A stretch of 64,000 nt of DNA from Akkermansiaceae bacterium (GTDB taxonomy: Bacteria; Verrucomicrobiota; Verrucomicrobiia; Verrucomicrobiales; Akkermansiaceae), in contig JBPOGF010000013.1 in the NCBI GenBank assembly GCA_051251915.1, positions 72,010 to 136,009 of the forward strand, in the 5' to 3' direction. The position numbers and the translations under genes were made by a program. Positions 52,403 through 62,464 of this stretch are shown in pieces; the first letter of the stretch is position 1, and every line of letters starts with the position of its first letter. A model generated the notes under the pieces. That model was not told where the DNA came from, searched no databases, and saw only the letters and a program-made list of their open reading frames with translations.

Positions 52403-53625
52403 TTTGATCTAAGGTTCCCGATCGATTCGTAAATGGCTTGAATCATTGTCCAACACAAAGCGCCGACCAGCAACGCCATGCTGATCAAGATCACTGGTGA
52501 GATAATGCCGACTAAATTCGACAACAGTATATTCAATCGCTTGTCGTAGTAATCCGAGGCTCTATTCAGCGCCTTAGAGAGTTTCCCTGTGCTTTCACCC
52601 ACCCCAATAAGGTCAATCATGTTGGGTGTAAATATATTCGCCGAGCGCATCGAGTGAGTCAGCTTGTAGCCGTCTTTCACCTTCAAAATTAAGTCTTTAA
52701 GGTGATGTTTCGCATGACGATTTGTCACCGTTTCCTGAGTCAACTCCAACGCCTCAACCAAGGGCACCCCATTCCCCACCAGATTCCCTAGCGTTTTGAG
52801 CCACTGCACATAGAAACCAAAGGTAAGCACCTGCCCATACAACGGAATCTTCAGTTTATACCTATCCCAGGCCTGCTTATTCTTCTCCGCAGTATGCCAG
52901 ATTTTGACCACAAACATCAGAATAATGAGACCCAAAAGCATCGTCATCCAATGGTTCCGTAACAGATCACCTAGCTGAATCGCTACCACAACACCAAAAG
53001 GTTTCCCACCAGTCATCCCATCCAACAAAGTAGTGATCTGAGGTAGCAAATAGAAAATGAAGACACAAACAACCCCAATACAAGCGATCATCAAAAAGGC
53101 AGGGTAAATCATCGCAGAAATCAACTTGGACTTCAGCTCCATTTGCGCTTTCAGGTAGATCGCATGTTGATGCAGAATCGTCCGCAAGCTTCCACTAGCC
53201 TCACCAGCTTTCACCAGGTTGCAGTATAGCGGATCAAAACTCTTCGACGTCCTAGTCAACGCACTATGCATAGGATTCCCCTCTGTGATCCACTTGCGCA
53301 GACGACTAGATATCTCTTTCAGCTTCCCACTCTCGTCCCGCTGAGACATCGACGACAATGCTGGCTCCAAAGGCAAACCAGCCTCTAACAACTCAGCCAA
53401 TTCCTCAGTAAATGCCACCACATCCGTAGAACTCAGAGGGATGGGTGCATCATCATCCTTCGCAGCCCTAGACTTACTCTCACCAGACAACGGCGCTACA
53501 GTGATCGGTTGAAAACCATCACCCAATAGCTTGCGCATCGCTTCCGACTTAGAAGACGCATCGATTTCACCAGAAACCTTTTCTCCTGATCCATTTAAAG
53601 CATTATATTTAAAGCTAGCCGACAT
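52399..53625 (-). CDS. gspF: T2SS inner-membrane platform protein
   Basis: LLEAGLPL, AGEASGSL, AMIYP, GESTGKL. Confidence 0.9.
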   Translation of the reverse strand: MSASFKYNALNGSGEKVSGEIDASSKSEAMRKLLGDGFQPITVAPLSGESKSRAAKDDDAPIPLSSTDVVAFTEELAELLEAGLPLEPALSSMSQRDESGKLKEISSRLRKWITEGNPMHSALTRTSKSFDPLYCNLVKAGEASGSLRTILHQHAIYLKAQMELKSKLISAMIYPAFLMIACIGVVCVFIFYLLPQITTLLDGMTGGKPFGVVVAIQLGDLLRNHWMTMLLGLIILMFVVKIWHTAEKNKQAWDRYKLKIPLYGQVLTFGFYVQWLKTLGNLVGNGVPLVEALELTQETVTNRHAKHHLKDLILKVKDGYKLTHSMRSANIFTPNMIDLIGVGESTGKLSKALNRASDYYDKRLNILLSNLVGIISPVILISMALLVGALCWTMIQAIYESIGNLRSK

Positions 53626-53631
53626 AGGTTC

Positions 53632-55371
53632 TTATTTTTCTCTGCTCCCCGGAGTAGATGACAAGACTTCTTCAATGCTAGTAATCCCCTTCATCACCTT
53701 GCGCCATCCATACATCCTCATCGGCTCGAAGCCTTCCTTGTAAGCTTGATTTTCAATCTCCTGAGCATCCGCCCCTTTTGAGATCATATCCTGGAGAGTC
53801 TGGGTTACTTTACAAAGTTCATAAATCCCCACTCGTCCACGATACCCCGTATTGCGACATTCCTTACAACCCACAGCATGATAAGGCACTCCCTGGATAT
53901 CATCAGGTATATGCAGCGCCTTTCTTTCTTCCTCACCAAATGATTCAGTTGGCTGCTTACACGCACCACAGAGCTTTCTCAACAACCGCTGAGCCAAAAA
54001 TGCCCGCACCGATGCCGACACAAGAAACGGCTCAATCCCCATATCTAACAATCGACTAATTCCACCCAAGGCATCATTCGTATGCAGTGTGCTGAAAACC
54101 AAGTGACCAGTCAATGAAGCACGGATCGCAATCTCAGCTGTCTCCGTATCACGGATCTCCCCCACCATCACAATGTTAGGGTCAGCTCTCAAAATAGAAC
54201 GCAATCCCTGCGCAAAACTCAGCCCAACTTCCGGACGCACCGCAATCTGCACCACACCCTGCAATTTATTCTCCACAGGATCTTCAATCGTAACAATCCT
54301 CGTCTCACGATCATTCAAGTGATCCAAAAAGCAATACAGGCTCGTTGATTTACCAGAACCAGTCGGCCCCGTGGCCAAAATCACTCCATTCGGCAGTTTG
54401 AGCACTTCGCGTATCCCTTCATTCACCGAATCCTCAAGATCCAGCTTCGCAATATCAAATTTATCTTGGTTCAGTAATCGCAAGCTAACCGTCTCACCCT
54501 CTACCGAAGGTATCGTCGCAACACGGACATCCACAGACTGTCCCTTATTGCTCATATGAATACGACCATCCTGCGGAGCGCGTCTCTCTGCCACATCCAG
54601 ACGTGACATGATCTTCAAGCGAGCAATCACAGAATCCTGCAACGCATTAATATTTTCAGGCACCGGAACATCAAGCAGCTGACCATCCACTCGATAACGA
54701 ATGCACATCCCACTCTTCTGCGGCTCCACATGAATATCCGTCGCCTTCTGCACCAATGCCTCACGTAGAATCTGATTCACAAACCTCAAGACACTAGCCT
54801 CCTCAGACTGATCATCATCAATCACTGAAGCCTCATCACTATCCAGCAACCGCTCAACATCAAGATCCCGACCTTCCAAAATCTTCTCAAACGTATCCGC
54901 ACCCACACCATACATCGCCCCCAACTCCGCACGAACATTCCTCCGACTAGCCATCACAAACGACACCTTCGCCGGAATCAACCGAGTCACCATCTGCCTC
55001 ATACTCAAGTTAAAAGGATCATAGCAAGCAACCGTCAGAGACTTACCAGCAACAGCATCAGCAAGAGCAACAGGCAACACCTGATAACGGATCGCCAAAG
55101 CCGCACCACAAACCGACTTCAGTTCAGTCACGGTTTCTCCTAAATTCAACTCAACCTCACGCCACTCCATCCCCACTTCCTGAGCAATCTCTTGCAGAAA
55201 CAATTCCTCATCCACCAGCTCCGCATCCAAAATAGCATCAATCACCGAAACCTTCAGCTTCTTAGCATCATCCATCACCTCATAAAGAACCCCCAAGTCC
55301 GAACATTTAGCCTTAATCGCCGCAGCCTCAAAGCAGCTAATCTTATGTTTCGTCGTTGAGCGTAGTTCCAT
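53632..55371 (-). CDS. gspE: T2SS assembly ATPase (GspE/PilB)
   Basis: ATDIHVEP, GPTGSGKST, TIEDPVE, GEIRD, STLHTND, CxxC...CxxC. Confidence 0.93.
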   Translation of the reverse strand: MELRSTTKHKISCFEAAAIKAKCSDLGVLYEVMDDAKKLKVSVIDAILDAELVDEELFLQEIAQEVGMEWREVELNLGETVTELKSVCGAALAIRYQVLPVALADAVAGKSLTVACYDPFNLSMRQMVTRLIPAKVSFVMASRRNVRAELGAMYGVGADTFEKILEGRDLDVERLLDSDEASVIDDDQSEEASVLRFVNQILREALVQKATDIHVEPQKSGMCIRYRVDGQLLDVPVPENINALQDSVIARLKIMSRLDVAERRAPQDGRIHMSNKGQSVDVRVATIPSVEGETVSLRLLNQDKFDIAKLDLEDSVNEGIREVLKLPNGVILATGPTGSGKSTSLYCFLDHLNDRETRIVTIEDPVENKLQGVVQIAVRPEVGLSFAQGLRSILRADPNIVMVGEIRDTETAEIAIRASLTGHLVFSTLHTNDALGGISRLLDMGIEPFLVSASVRAFLAQRLLRKLCGACKQPTESFGEEERKALHIPDDIQGVPYHAVGCKECRNTGYRGRVGIYELCKVTQTLQDMISKGADAQEIENQAYKEGFEPMRMYGWRKVMKGITSIEEVLSSTPGSREK

Positions 55372-55692
55372 ATTTAACTAGTTAACTAACATTTCAGAAT
55401 AAAGTTGCAAAATATCTTTTAAATTATCGTAATTTCCCAAGTAACCACACAAAAAACCTACCATAACCCCGTCAACTATAACCCACTAGATCCATCAAAG
55501 CCCCCACCAAGCTAAGCACAAAAAAATAACAACTTATCAATGTCTATTGTCGAATAATTGATCTAGCAGATTAAACTGACATATTCTACCTTGGGCATTC
55601 CCGCTTTTAAAAACTGTATCAAACTCTCTTTATCCATTATTTCCTTCACATACTAACAACATTGCCATTAGATTGCATCCAGTCTTTGCATT

Positions 55693-58600
55693 GTGAAATC
55701 ACCTAACTTTCAATACCTCAAAATAGCGCATCCTCACCTTCATCGTTTGGCGGCAGATGCTGAAGGTTTATGCATGAGCAGTCCAGACCTGTGCCTCGTC
55801 CGTCTACGCCAACTTTTAGAGTGTGTTCTAACATCAGTGTTAGGCAATGAACGTGAAATGGACAATGCTCGCCGCATAAATGAGCTGAAGTATAATGGGA
55901 CCATTTCAGAGCAGATGTCGGATGCCATGCACCGACTCAGAAAGTTGGGGAATACAGCAACTCACGATGCTAAAGCTACTCAATCAGAGGCCGTGTTCGG
56001 GTTAAAGCTTGCTCGTGCCATAGCTGTTTGGTTTCACACCATTCACAACCCACAATTCAAACCCTCTGCATTCATCCCTCCCCCAGCTGCCTATGATGAT
56101 TCCGAAGAACTTAAACAAGAGCTGGCCAAACTCAGCGCAAAACTCACCGCACAGAAACAAGCTACTCTAGCGGCACAGAACCTAGCCTCTGATCTCGGAC
56201 AGGCTAAAAAAGCCGCAGAGGAAGAATCCCAGAGCCAATACAAAGATCTCATCGCAGCCCTTGATTTAGCCACTGAAACAGAAGAAAAACTCAAACAGGC
56301 TCAAGAAGACTTCCTCGATGCCATCAAAGAGAATGAAAAGCCTCCTAAGAAGCCGTCTAAAAAAGCAATCGCTTCTGCTGGATTAGCATTCGATGAAGAA
56401 ATGGATGAAGCCACCACCCGGCGCATCATCGACCAGCAGCTTATCGATGCTGGCTGGGAAGCAGATTCTATTAAACTCCGCCACGCACGAGGAACCCGCC
56501 CCAAGCATGGAAGAAACCTCGCTATTGCAGAATACCCCACCGCCAGTGGACCCGCAGACTATGTGCTTTTTGTGGGACTCATTCCCATCGCCTCCATCGA
56601 GGCCAAGCGTAACAACCTAGACGTTGCAGGTAAGATAACTCAAGCCCAGCGCTACTCACTTGATTTCACCACACCTGAAGCCGTAACTCCCGCCTACGAG
56701 ATCGAAGGACGCATACTCCCTTGGCCAGACGATGCCGAAGGCCACTATCACCTGCCATTCGTTTATTCATCCAACGGCAGACCATTCGTTAAACAGATCA
56801 AAGAAAAGTCCGGCACCTGGTTCCGTGATGTCCGCAAGCCTTCTAACATCAAGCGACCACTTCACAGCTTCCACAGTCCAGACGGTCTCCTAGATCTACT
56901 CAAAAGAAGTAAAGAGGACGCAGAGAAAGAACTGCAAAAAGAAGGTTTCGATTACCTCAAGCTCCGTGACTACCAGCAGAAAGCCATTCAGAAAGTCGAA
57001 ACCGCTCTTGAGAAAGGCAAGACCGAATGCCTGCTCGCCATGGCTACAGGCACCGGCAAGACCCGCACCATCGTCGGGCTCATGTATCGCTTCCTAAAGG
57101 CAGAGCGATTCAAGCGCATCCTCTTTCTAGTCGACCGCACCGCTCTTGGAGACCAAGCACTCGACACATTCAGAGAAGCCCCTCTAGAGCAAAATCAAAC
57201 ACTCTCCACCATCTACAATATCGCTGAGTTGGGCGACATGGCAGCCGAGGCTGAAACTCGCATCCACGTCTCCACCGTCCAGGCCATGGTTCAGCGTATC
57301 TTCAATTCAGACGCTACACCCAATGTGGATGCCTACGACTGTATCATCGTCGATGAAGCCCACCGTGGATACACCCTAGATCAGGAAATGACCGAGGGAG
57401 AACTTAGCAACCGAGATGCCGCACGCTACCTATCCAGCTATCGTCGGGTGATTGATTACTTTGATGCTGTCAAGATCGGTCTCACCGCTACTCCCGCTAA
57501 GCACACCTCAGACATCTTTGGCAAGCCAGTCTACACCTACTCCTACCGCGAAGCAGTTGCTGACGATTGGTTGATCGATCACGAGCCACCTATCCGCTAC
57601 GTCACTCTTCTCAGCCAGAACGGAATCAAGTTCAAGAAAGGCGAAAAAGTAACCGCCATCAATACCAAGACCAAGAAAACCGAAGCCGCAGAACTTGAGG
57701 ACAACATGGACTTCAAGGTAGATGCCTTCAACAAGCGCGTCATCACTAAGAAATTCAACAAAGTGATCTGCAAGCAACTCGCAGAAGAAATTGACCCAAA
57801 TGGCGATGAAAAGACACTCATCTATTGCGCCACAGACATTCATGCTGACATGGTCAAAACACTCTTGGATAAAAGGTTCTCAAAAATATATGGCGATAGC
57901 TACAATGAAGCCTCCGTCCGTAAAATCACCGGCAAGAGCGATAAAGTAAAGCTCCTCATCAAGCGCTTTAAAAACGAACGCTATCCCTCCATCGCTATCA
58001 CTGTCGATCTCCTCACCACTGGTATTGATGTGCCTAAGATTTGCCACCTAGTATTCCTCCGCCGCATCAATTCCCGTATCTTATACGAGCAGATGATAGG
58101 ACGAGCCACTCGCCGCTGTGATGAGATAGGCAAGGTTACTTTCAAGATCTATGACCCTGTAGACATCTACAAGACACTCGAAAAAGTCAACACCATGAAG
58201 CCATTGGTGAAAGACCCCAAGATCACACTCTCCGAGCTGATCGAGGAATTAAAAGAACCAGAGATTCACAATCTCCCAAAACCAAAAGGCTCTTCAACCA
58301 CTCACGCGCAAGATGTGTTAGACACCATCAGTCAAAAACTCATGCGCGTATTACGTAAAGCTGAAAAGGAGGCTGAGCGCAAACCTGACATTAAAGACAA
58401 GCTCCGCGAAATGGAGGAATCAATGGAAGTCTCTCCCGCCAAGCTCCACACCTACGTGAGAGACCTTGGTCCTGAAAAAGCAGCGCAGTTCTTTGAAAAG
58501 CACACTCAGCTCCTACCTCAGTTAGAACAGGTGAAAAATCTTCTAGGCACCTACTTCTACCCTATCATATCAGATCACCCAGATAAACTGGTTCTCCGCG

Positions 58601-59124
58601 AGCAGAGCTATGGCGATCACTCCAAGCCAGAAGACTACCTAGAAGACTTCAAGCACTTCATTGAAAAACAACTCAATGAATCAGCAGCCATCAAGTGTGT
58701 GGTCAGCCGCCCTAAGGATCTAACACGTGCTCAGCTAAAGGAAGTCCGTCTCCTACTAGATCAGCATGGCTTCAGCCGCGCTAATCTAGATACCGCCTGG
58801 CGCAATACTACCAATCAAGACATAGCCGCCAGCATCATCGGCTACATCAGACAAGCCGCTCTCGGTGAGAACCTCATTTCATTCAAGCAACGTGTCGACC
58901 TAGCCATGGGTCACATCTACGCAATCCACCCATGGAGCCCAGTTCAGCGAAAGTGGCTAGAGCGTCTTGCGAATCAGCTCACCCATGAAGTCGTTATCGA
59001 CAATGACTTCATAAACGATGCATTCTCAGCAGACGGTGGAGCTCAGCGTCTCAATATCATGCTAGGCAAGCAACTCGACTCCGTCCTCACCACACTATCC
59101 GATCACCTCTGGGAATCCGCCTAA
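55693..59124 (+). CDS. hsdR: Type I restriction endonuclease subunit R (EcoKI-like)
   Basis: ADYVL...IEAK nuclease, MATGTGKT, DEAH, TATP, LLTTGIDVP, QMIGRATR. Confidence 0.95.
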   Translation: MKSPNFQYLKIAHPHLHRLAADAEGLCMSSPDLCLVRLRQLLECVLTSVLGNEREMDNARRINELKYNGTISEQMSDAMHRLRKLGNTATHDAKATQSEAVFGLKLARAIAVWFHTIHNPQFKPSAFIPPPAAYDDSEELKQELAKLSAKLTAQKQATLAAQNLASDLGQAKKAAEEESQSQYKDLIAALDLATETEEKLKQAQEDFLDAIKENEKPPKKPSKKAIASAGLAFDEEMDEATTRRIIDQQLIDAGWEADSIKLRHARGTRPKHGRNLAIAEYPTASGPADYVLFVGLIPIASIEAKRNNLDVAGKITQAQRYSLDFTTPEAVTPAYEIEGRILPWPDDAEGHYHLPFVYSSNGRPFVKQIKEKSGTWFRDVRKPSNIKRPLHSFHSPDGLLDLLKRSKEDAEKELQKEGFDYLKLRDYQQKAIQKVETALEKGKTECLLAMATGTGKTRTIVGLMYRFLKAERFKRILFLVDRTALGDQALDTFREAPLEQNQTLSTIYNIAELGDMAAEAETRIHVSTVQAMVQRIFNSDATPNVDAYDCIIVDEAHRGYTLDQEMTEGELSNRDAARYLSSYRRVIDYFDAVKIGLTATPAKHTSDIFGKPVYTYSYREAVADDWLIDHEPPIRYVTLLSQNGIKFKKGEKVTAINTKTKKTEAAELEDNMDFKVDAFNKRVITKKFNKVICKQLAEEIDPNGDEKTLIYCATDIHADMVKTLLDKRFSKIYGDSYNEASVRKITGKSDKVKLLIKRFKNERYPSIAITVDLLTTGIDVPKICHLVFLRRINSRILYEQMIGRATRRCDEIGKVTFKIYDPVDIYKTLEKVNTMKPLVKDPKITLSELIEELKEPEIHNLPKPKGSSTTHAQDVLDTISQKLMRVLRKAEKEAERKPDIKDKLREMEESMEVSPAKLHTYVRDLGPEKAAQFFEKHTQLLPQLEQVKNLLGTYFYPIISDHPDKLVLREQSYGDHSKPEDYLEDFKHFIEKQLNESAAIKCVVSRPKDLTRAQLKEVRLLLDQHGFSRANLDTAWRNTTNQDIAASIIGYIRQAALGENLISFKQRVDLAMGHIYAIHPWSPVQRKWLERLANQLTHEVVIDNDFINDAFSADGGAQRLNIMLGKQLDSVLTTLSDHLWESA

Positions 59125-59169
59125 TCACTTTCAAATTTCAAATCCTCAAATTTCAAATCACACACACGT

Positions 59170-60732
59170 ATGACTCAAAACGCTCTCGTCCAGAAACTCT
59201 GGAAAACCTGTGACGTCCTCCGCGACGATGGTATCAACTACTCTGACTACGTCACCGAGCTAGTCCTCCTACTCTTCATCAAGATGGAGCACGAAAAAGC
59301 ACGAGTGAATGAGAAATACACAGAACGTCTTCCTGAGGGCTATAGATGGCCAGATATAAATGATAGAAGTGGCATCGATCAGCTAAACTTTTACAAATTC
59401 CTCCTTCTAACACTCTCTACAGGTAAGATCGAATTTACCGAGGAAGAGCGAGAGGTGATGAAAAAGGCGCTCAAGAAGAAGACAGGCAAAGCAGTCAAAG
59501 ATGAAAATATTCCTAAGCATAAGGTGATAGACCCTATGGTCTCAGCCATTTACGCAGAAGCCCAGACCAGCCTCCGTGAGCCACGTCACCTCGCAGCACT
59601 CGTCCGCACCTTCGATACGCTCGACTGGTTCGGCAGTGACAAAGATGACCTAGGTGATGTCTATGAAGGACTTCTGGAGAAAAATGCTACCGAGACCAAG
59701 TCGGGAGCTGGTCAGTATTTCACCCCACGAGCATTGATAGATAGCATCGTGCGCTGTGTCCAGCCGCAAGCAGGAGAAACCATCCAAGACCCAGCCGCCG
59801 GCACCGCTGGCTTCCTCATCGCCGCAGACACCTATATAAAAGAGCATACCGACGACCTCTATGATCTCAAAGAAATAGACCGTAAGCGTCAGCGCACCGA
59901 ATGCTACCTTGGCGTAGAGCTAGTCCCAGACACCCGACGGCTAGCCCTCATGAACTGCCTACTCCACGGCATGGAAGGCGGCTCAGAAGGAGTCGTCCAG
60001 CTCGGCAACACCCTCACCTCCATGGGAAGCAAACTCCCTAAAGTAGACATCATCTTAGCCAATCCCCCCTTCGGCACCTCCAAGGGCGGCAGCTCTGGCA
60101 AAGATCTCAGAGATGACTTCACCTTCACCACCTCTAACAAGCAGCTCGCCTTCCTCCAGCACATCTACCGTGGGCTCAAGCCCGGTGGCAGAGCCGCCGT
60201 CGTGCTTCCAGATAATGTCCTCTTTGAAGATGGCGTAGGCGCAGACATCCGCCGTGACCTGATGGATAAATGTAATCTCCACACCATCCTCCGCCTCCCC
60301 ACAGGCATCTTCTATGCTGCTGGAGTAAAGACAAACGTCCTCTTCTTCACCAAAGGCACCAAAGCGAAGCCAACCCAAGAAGTAGGCTGCACCCAGAGCA
60401 CCTGGTTCTATGATCTCCGCACCAATGCCCCCAGCTATGGCAAACGCACCCTCTTCGAAGAAAAAGAACTCACCCCCTTCGAGGAAGCCTTTGGCGACTG
60501 CCCGCATGGCACAGCCAAGCGCAAGGATCAGGGAGAAAAGGGAAACTTCAGAGTTTACAGCAGAGCAGACATCACCAAGCGCAATGAGAACCTAGACATA
60601 ACCTGGCTCCGTGATGATTCAACAACAGCTGCAGAGGATCTCCCTGCACCAGAAATCATCGCCGATGACATTAAAAAAAATCTGGAGCAAGCTATAAAAG
60701 CCATTTCTAAGCTACAGGAGGAATTAGTATGA
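59170..60732 (+). CDS. hsdM: Type I R-M methyltransferase subunit M
   Basis: GQYFTPR, DPAAGTAGF, ANPPF, LRLPTGIF. Confidence 0.95.
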   Translation: MTQNALVQKLWKTCDVLRDDGINYSDYVTELVLLLFIKMEHEKARVNEKYTERLPEGYRWPDINDRSGIDQLNFYKFLLLTLSTGKIEFTEEEREVMKKALKKKTGKAVKDENIPKHKVIDPMVSAIYAEAQTSLREPRHLAALVRTFDTLDWFGSDKDDLGDVYEGLLEKNATETKSGAGQYFTPRALIDSIVRCVQPQAGETIQDPAAGTAGFLIAADTYIKEHTDDLYDLKEIDRKRQRTECYLGVELVPDTRRLALMNCLLHGMEGGSEGVVQLGNTLTSMGSKLPKVDIILANPPFGTSKGGSSGKDLRDDFTFTTSNKQLAFLQHIYRGLKPGGRAAVVLPDNVLFEDGVGADIRRDLMDKCNLHTILRLPTGIFYAAGVKTNVLFFTKGTKAKPTQEVGCTQSTWFYDLRTNAPSYGKRTLFEEKELTPFEEAFGDCPHGTAKRKDQGEKGNFRVYSRADITKRNENLDITWLRDDSTTAAEDLPAPEIIADDIKKNLEQAIKAISKLQEELV

Positions 60733-62462
60733 GTAAATTACCGAAGGGCTGGACTCTCTCTTCAATTGGTGAAGCATGCCAAATTCACGATTCAATGCGT
60801 GAACCTGTAAACAACACTGAAAGGCATGCTAGAATAACAGGGAAAGATTCTACTAAGCTTTTTCCCTATTATGGAGCAACTGGTGAAGCTGGTAAAATTG
60901 ATGGTTATAGATTTGACGGTGAATATGTTCTTCTTGGAGAAGATGCAGCACCTTTTTTAGAACCTCACAAAGGTGTGGCTTATTTAGTATCAGGAAAATT
61001 CTGGGTAAACAATCACGCACACGTTCTAACACTTAACTCGTCTAACAAATATCTACTCAATTACCTTTTACAGATTGATTATAAACCATACATAACAGGC
61101 ACTACGCGTCTTAAGCTAAATCAAAGCAAATTAAAATCCATTCCTCTCCCACTCCCTCCCCTACCCGAACAAAAACGCATCGTAGCGAAGCTGGACAAGT
61201 GTCAGCAGCGGATAGAGGGCTCAAGCGAGGCATTGGCGGCGATTCCCGAGTTACTTGAGAACTACCGCTCCAGCCTCCTAGCCTCAGCCTTCCGAGGCGA
61301 CCTCACCAAAGCCTGGCGTGCAGAACAAATAACCAAAGAAATCCAAAAAGAATCCGCCCAAGACCTCCTCACCCGTCTCCGCCAAGAACGCCAACAACAA
61401 TGGCAGCAATCCGAACTCCAAAAATACCAAGTAAAAGGCAAAACCCCACCTAAGAATTGGAAAGATAAATATAAAAAGCCTGCTCTTCCTGATACAGCAA
61501 ATCTACCTTCTATTCCAAACTGCTGGCAATGGGCTAATTTTGACAACTTAACTAAGTGTCAGAAATATGCCATGAAAGCTGGTCCTTTTGGTTCAGCATT
61601 GAAAAAAGAGTTCTATACTGAAACTGGCTATAAAATTTATGGTCAGGAGCAAGTAATTAAAGATGATCCTTATTTTGGCAATTACTTTATCGGAGAAGAT
61701 AGATACAAAACATTAGAATCATGTAAAGTAGCTCCTGGGGATCTTTTAGTCAGTTTAGTTGGAACGATCGGAAAAACAATGATAGTTCCTAAGGATGCTC
61801 TTCCAGGTATCATTAACCCTCGTCTCGTGAAGATATCACTCGATGATTCAGGTTGTTACCCCCAATATATACAACAGCTACTTGCCTCATCTACAGTAAA
61901 AAACTTCTTTAAGATCATTTCTCATGGTGGAACTATGGATGTTTTAAATATGAAAATTCTTAAGTCCTTACCTATTCCTCTCCCACCCCTAGCCGAACAA
62001 GCCGAAATTGTCCGCCTACTAGAAACCGCCTTCAAACGGATTGATGCCATATCCGCCCTACACAACGAACTCATCAAGCAACACACCGAACTCACCCAAT
62101 CCCTACTAGCCAAAGCCTTCCGCGGAGAACTCGATCCACAAGACTCAAATGACGAACCTGCCAGTGAAATGCTTAGACGCATGATCCAAGAAAACAAAAA
62201 CATACTAGCGGTTAAAAAACCCCCTCGTGAAAAAGTAACAATTAAGAAAAATAACAAAACTATGTCACTTCAAGATATATTACCAGAACTTAAGCCTCAG
62301 ACATCAACAGATGAGCTCTTTAAGTTATGTGGATACGCCTCTAATGCAGAAACTGATGAAGTTGAAAAATTCTTCGTAGAATTACGTCAATCTTTACAGG
62401 AAGGCAAATTAACAAAAGAACGTATTGGTGATTTCGACTATTTCAGCCAAGCACAAAGCTAA
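60729..62462 (+). CDS. hsdS: Type I R-M specificity subunit with C-terminal extension
   Basis: LPKGW-TRD1-PLPPLPEQ..LASAFRG, LP..W-TRD2-PLPPLAEQ..LAKAFRGEL..EPASEML, plus about 66 extra residues. Confidence 0.93.
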   Translation: MSKLPKGWTLSSIGEACQIHDSMREPVNNTERHARITGKDSTKLFPYYGATGEAGKIDGYRFDGEYVLLGEDAAPFLEPHKGVAYLVSGKFWVNNHAHVLTLNSSNKYLLNYLLQIDYKPYITGTTRLKLNQSKLKSIPLPLPPLPEQKRIVAKLDKCQQRIEGSSEALAAIPELLENYRSSLLASAFRGDLTKAWRAEQITKEIQKESAQDLLTRLRQERQQQWQQSELQKYQVKGKTPPKNWKDKYKKPALPDTANLPSIPNCWQWANFDNLTKCQKYAMKAGPFGSALKKEFYTETGYKIYGQEQVIKDDPYFGNYFIGEDRYKTLESCKVAPGDLLVSLVGTIGKTMIVPKDALPGIINPRLVKISLDDSGCYPQYIQQLLASSTVKNFFKIISHGGTMDVLNMKILKSLPIPLPPLAEQAEIVRLLETAFKRIDAISALHNELIKQHTELTQSLLAKAFRGELDPQDSNDEPASEMLRRMIQENKNILAVKKPPREKVTIKKNNKTMSLQDILPELKPQTSTDELFKLCGYASNAETDEVEKFFVELRQSLQEGKLTKERIGDFDYFSQAQS

Positions 62463-62464
62463 AA

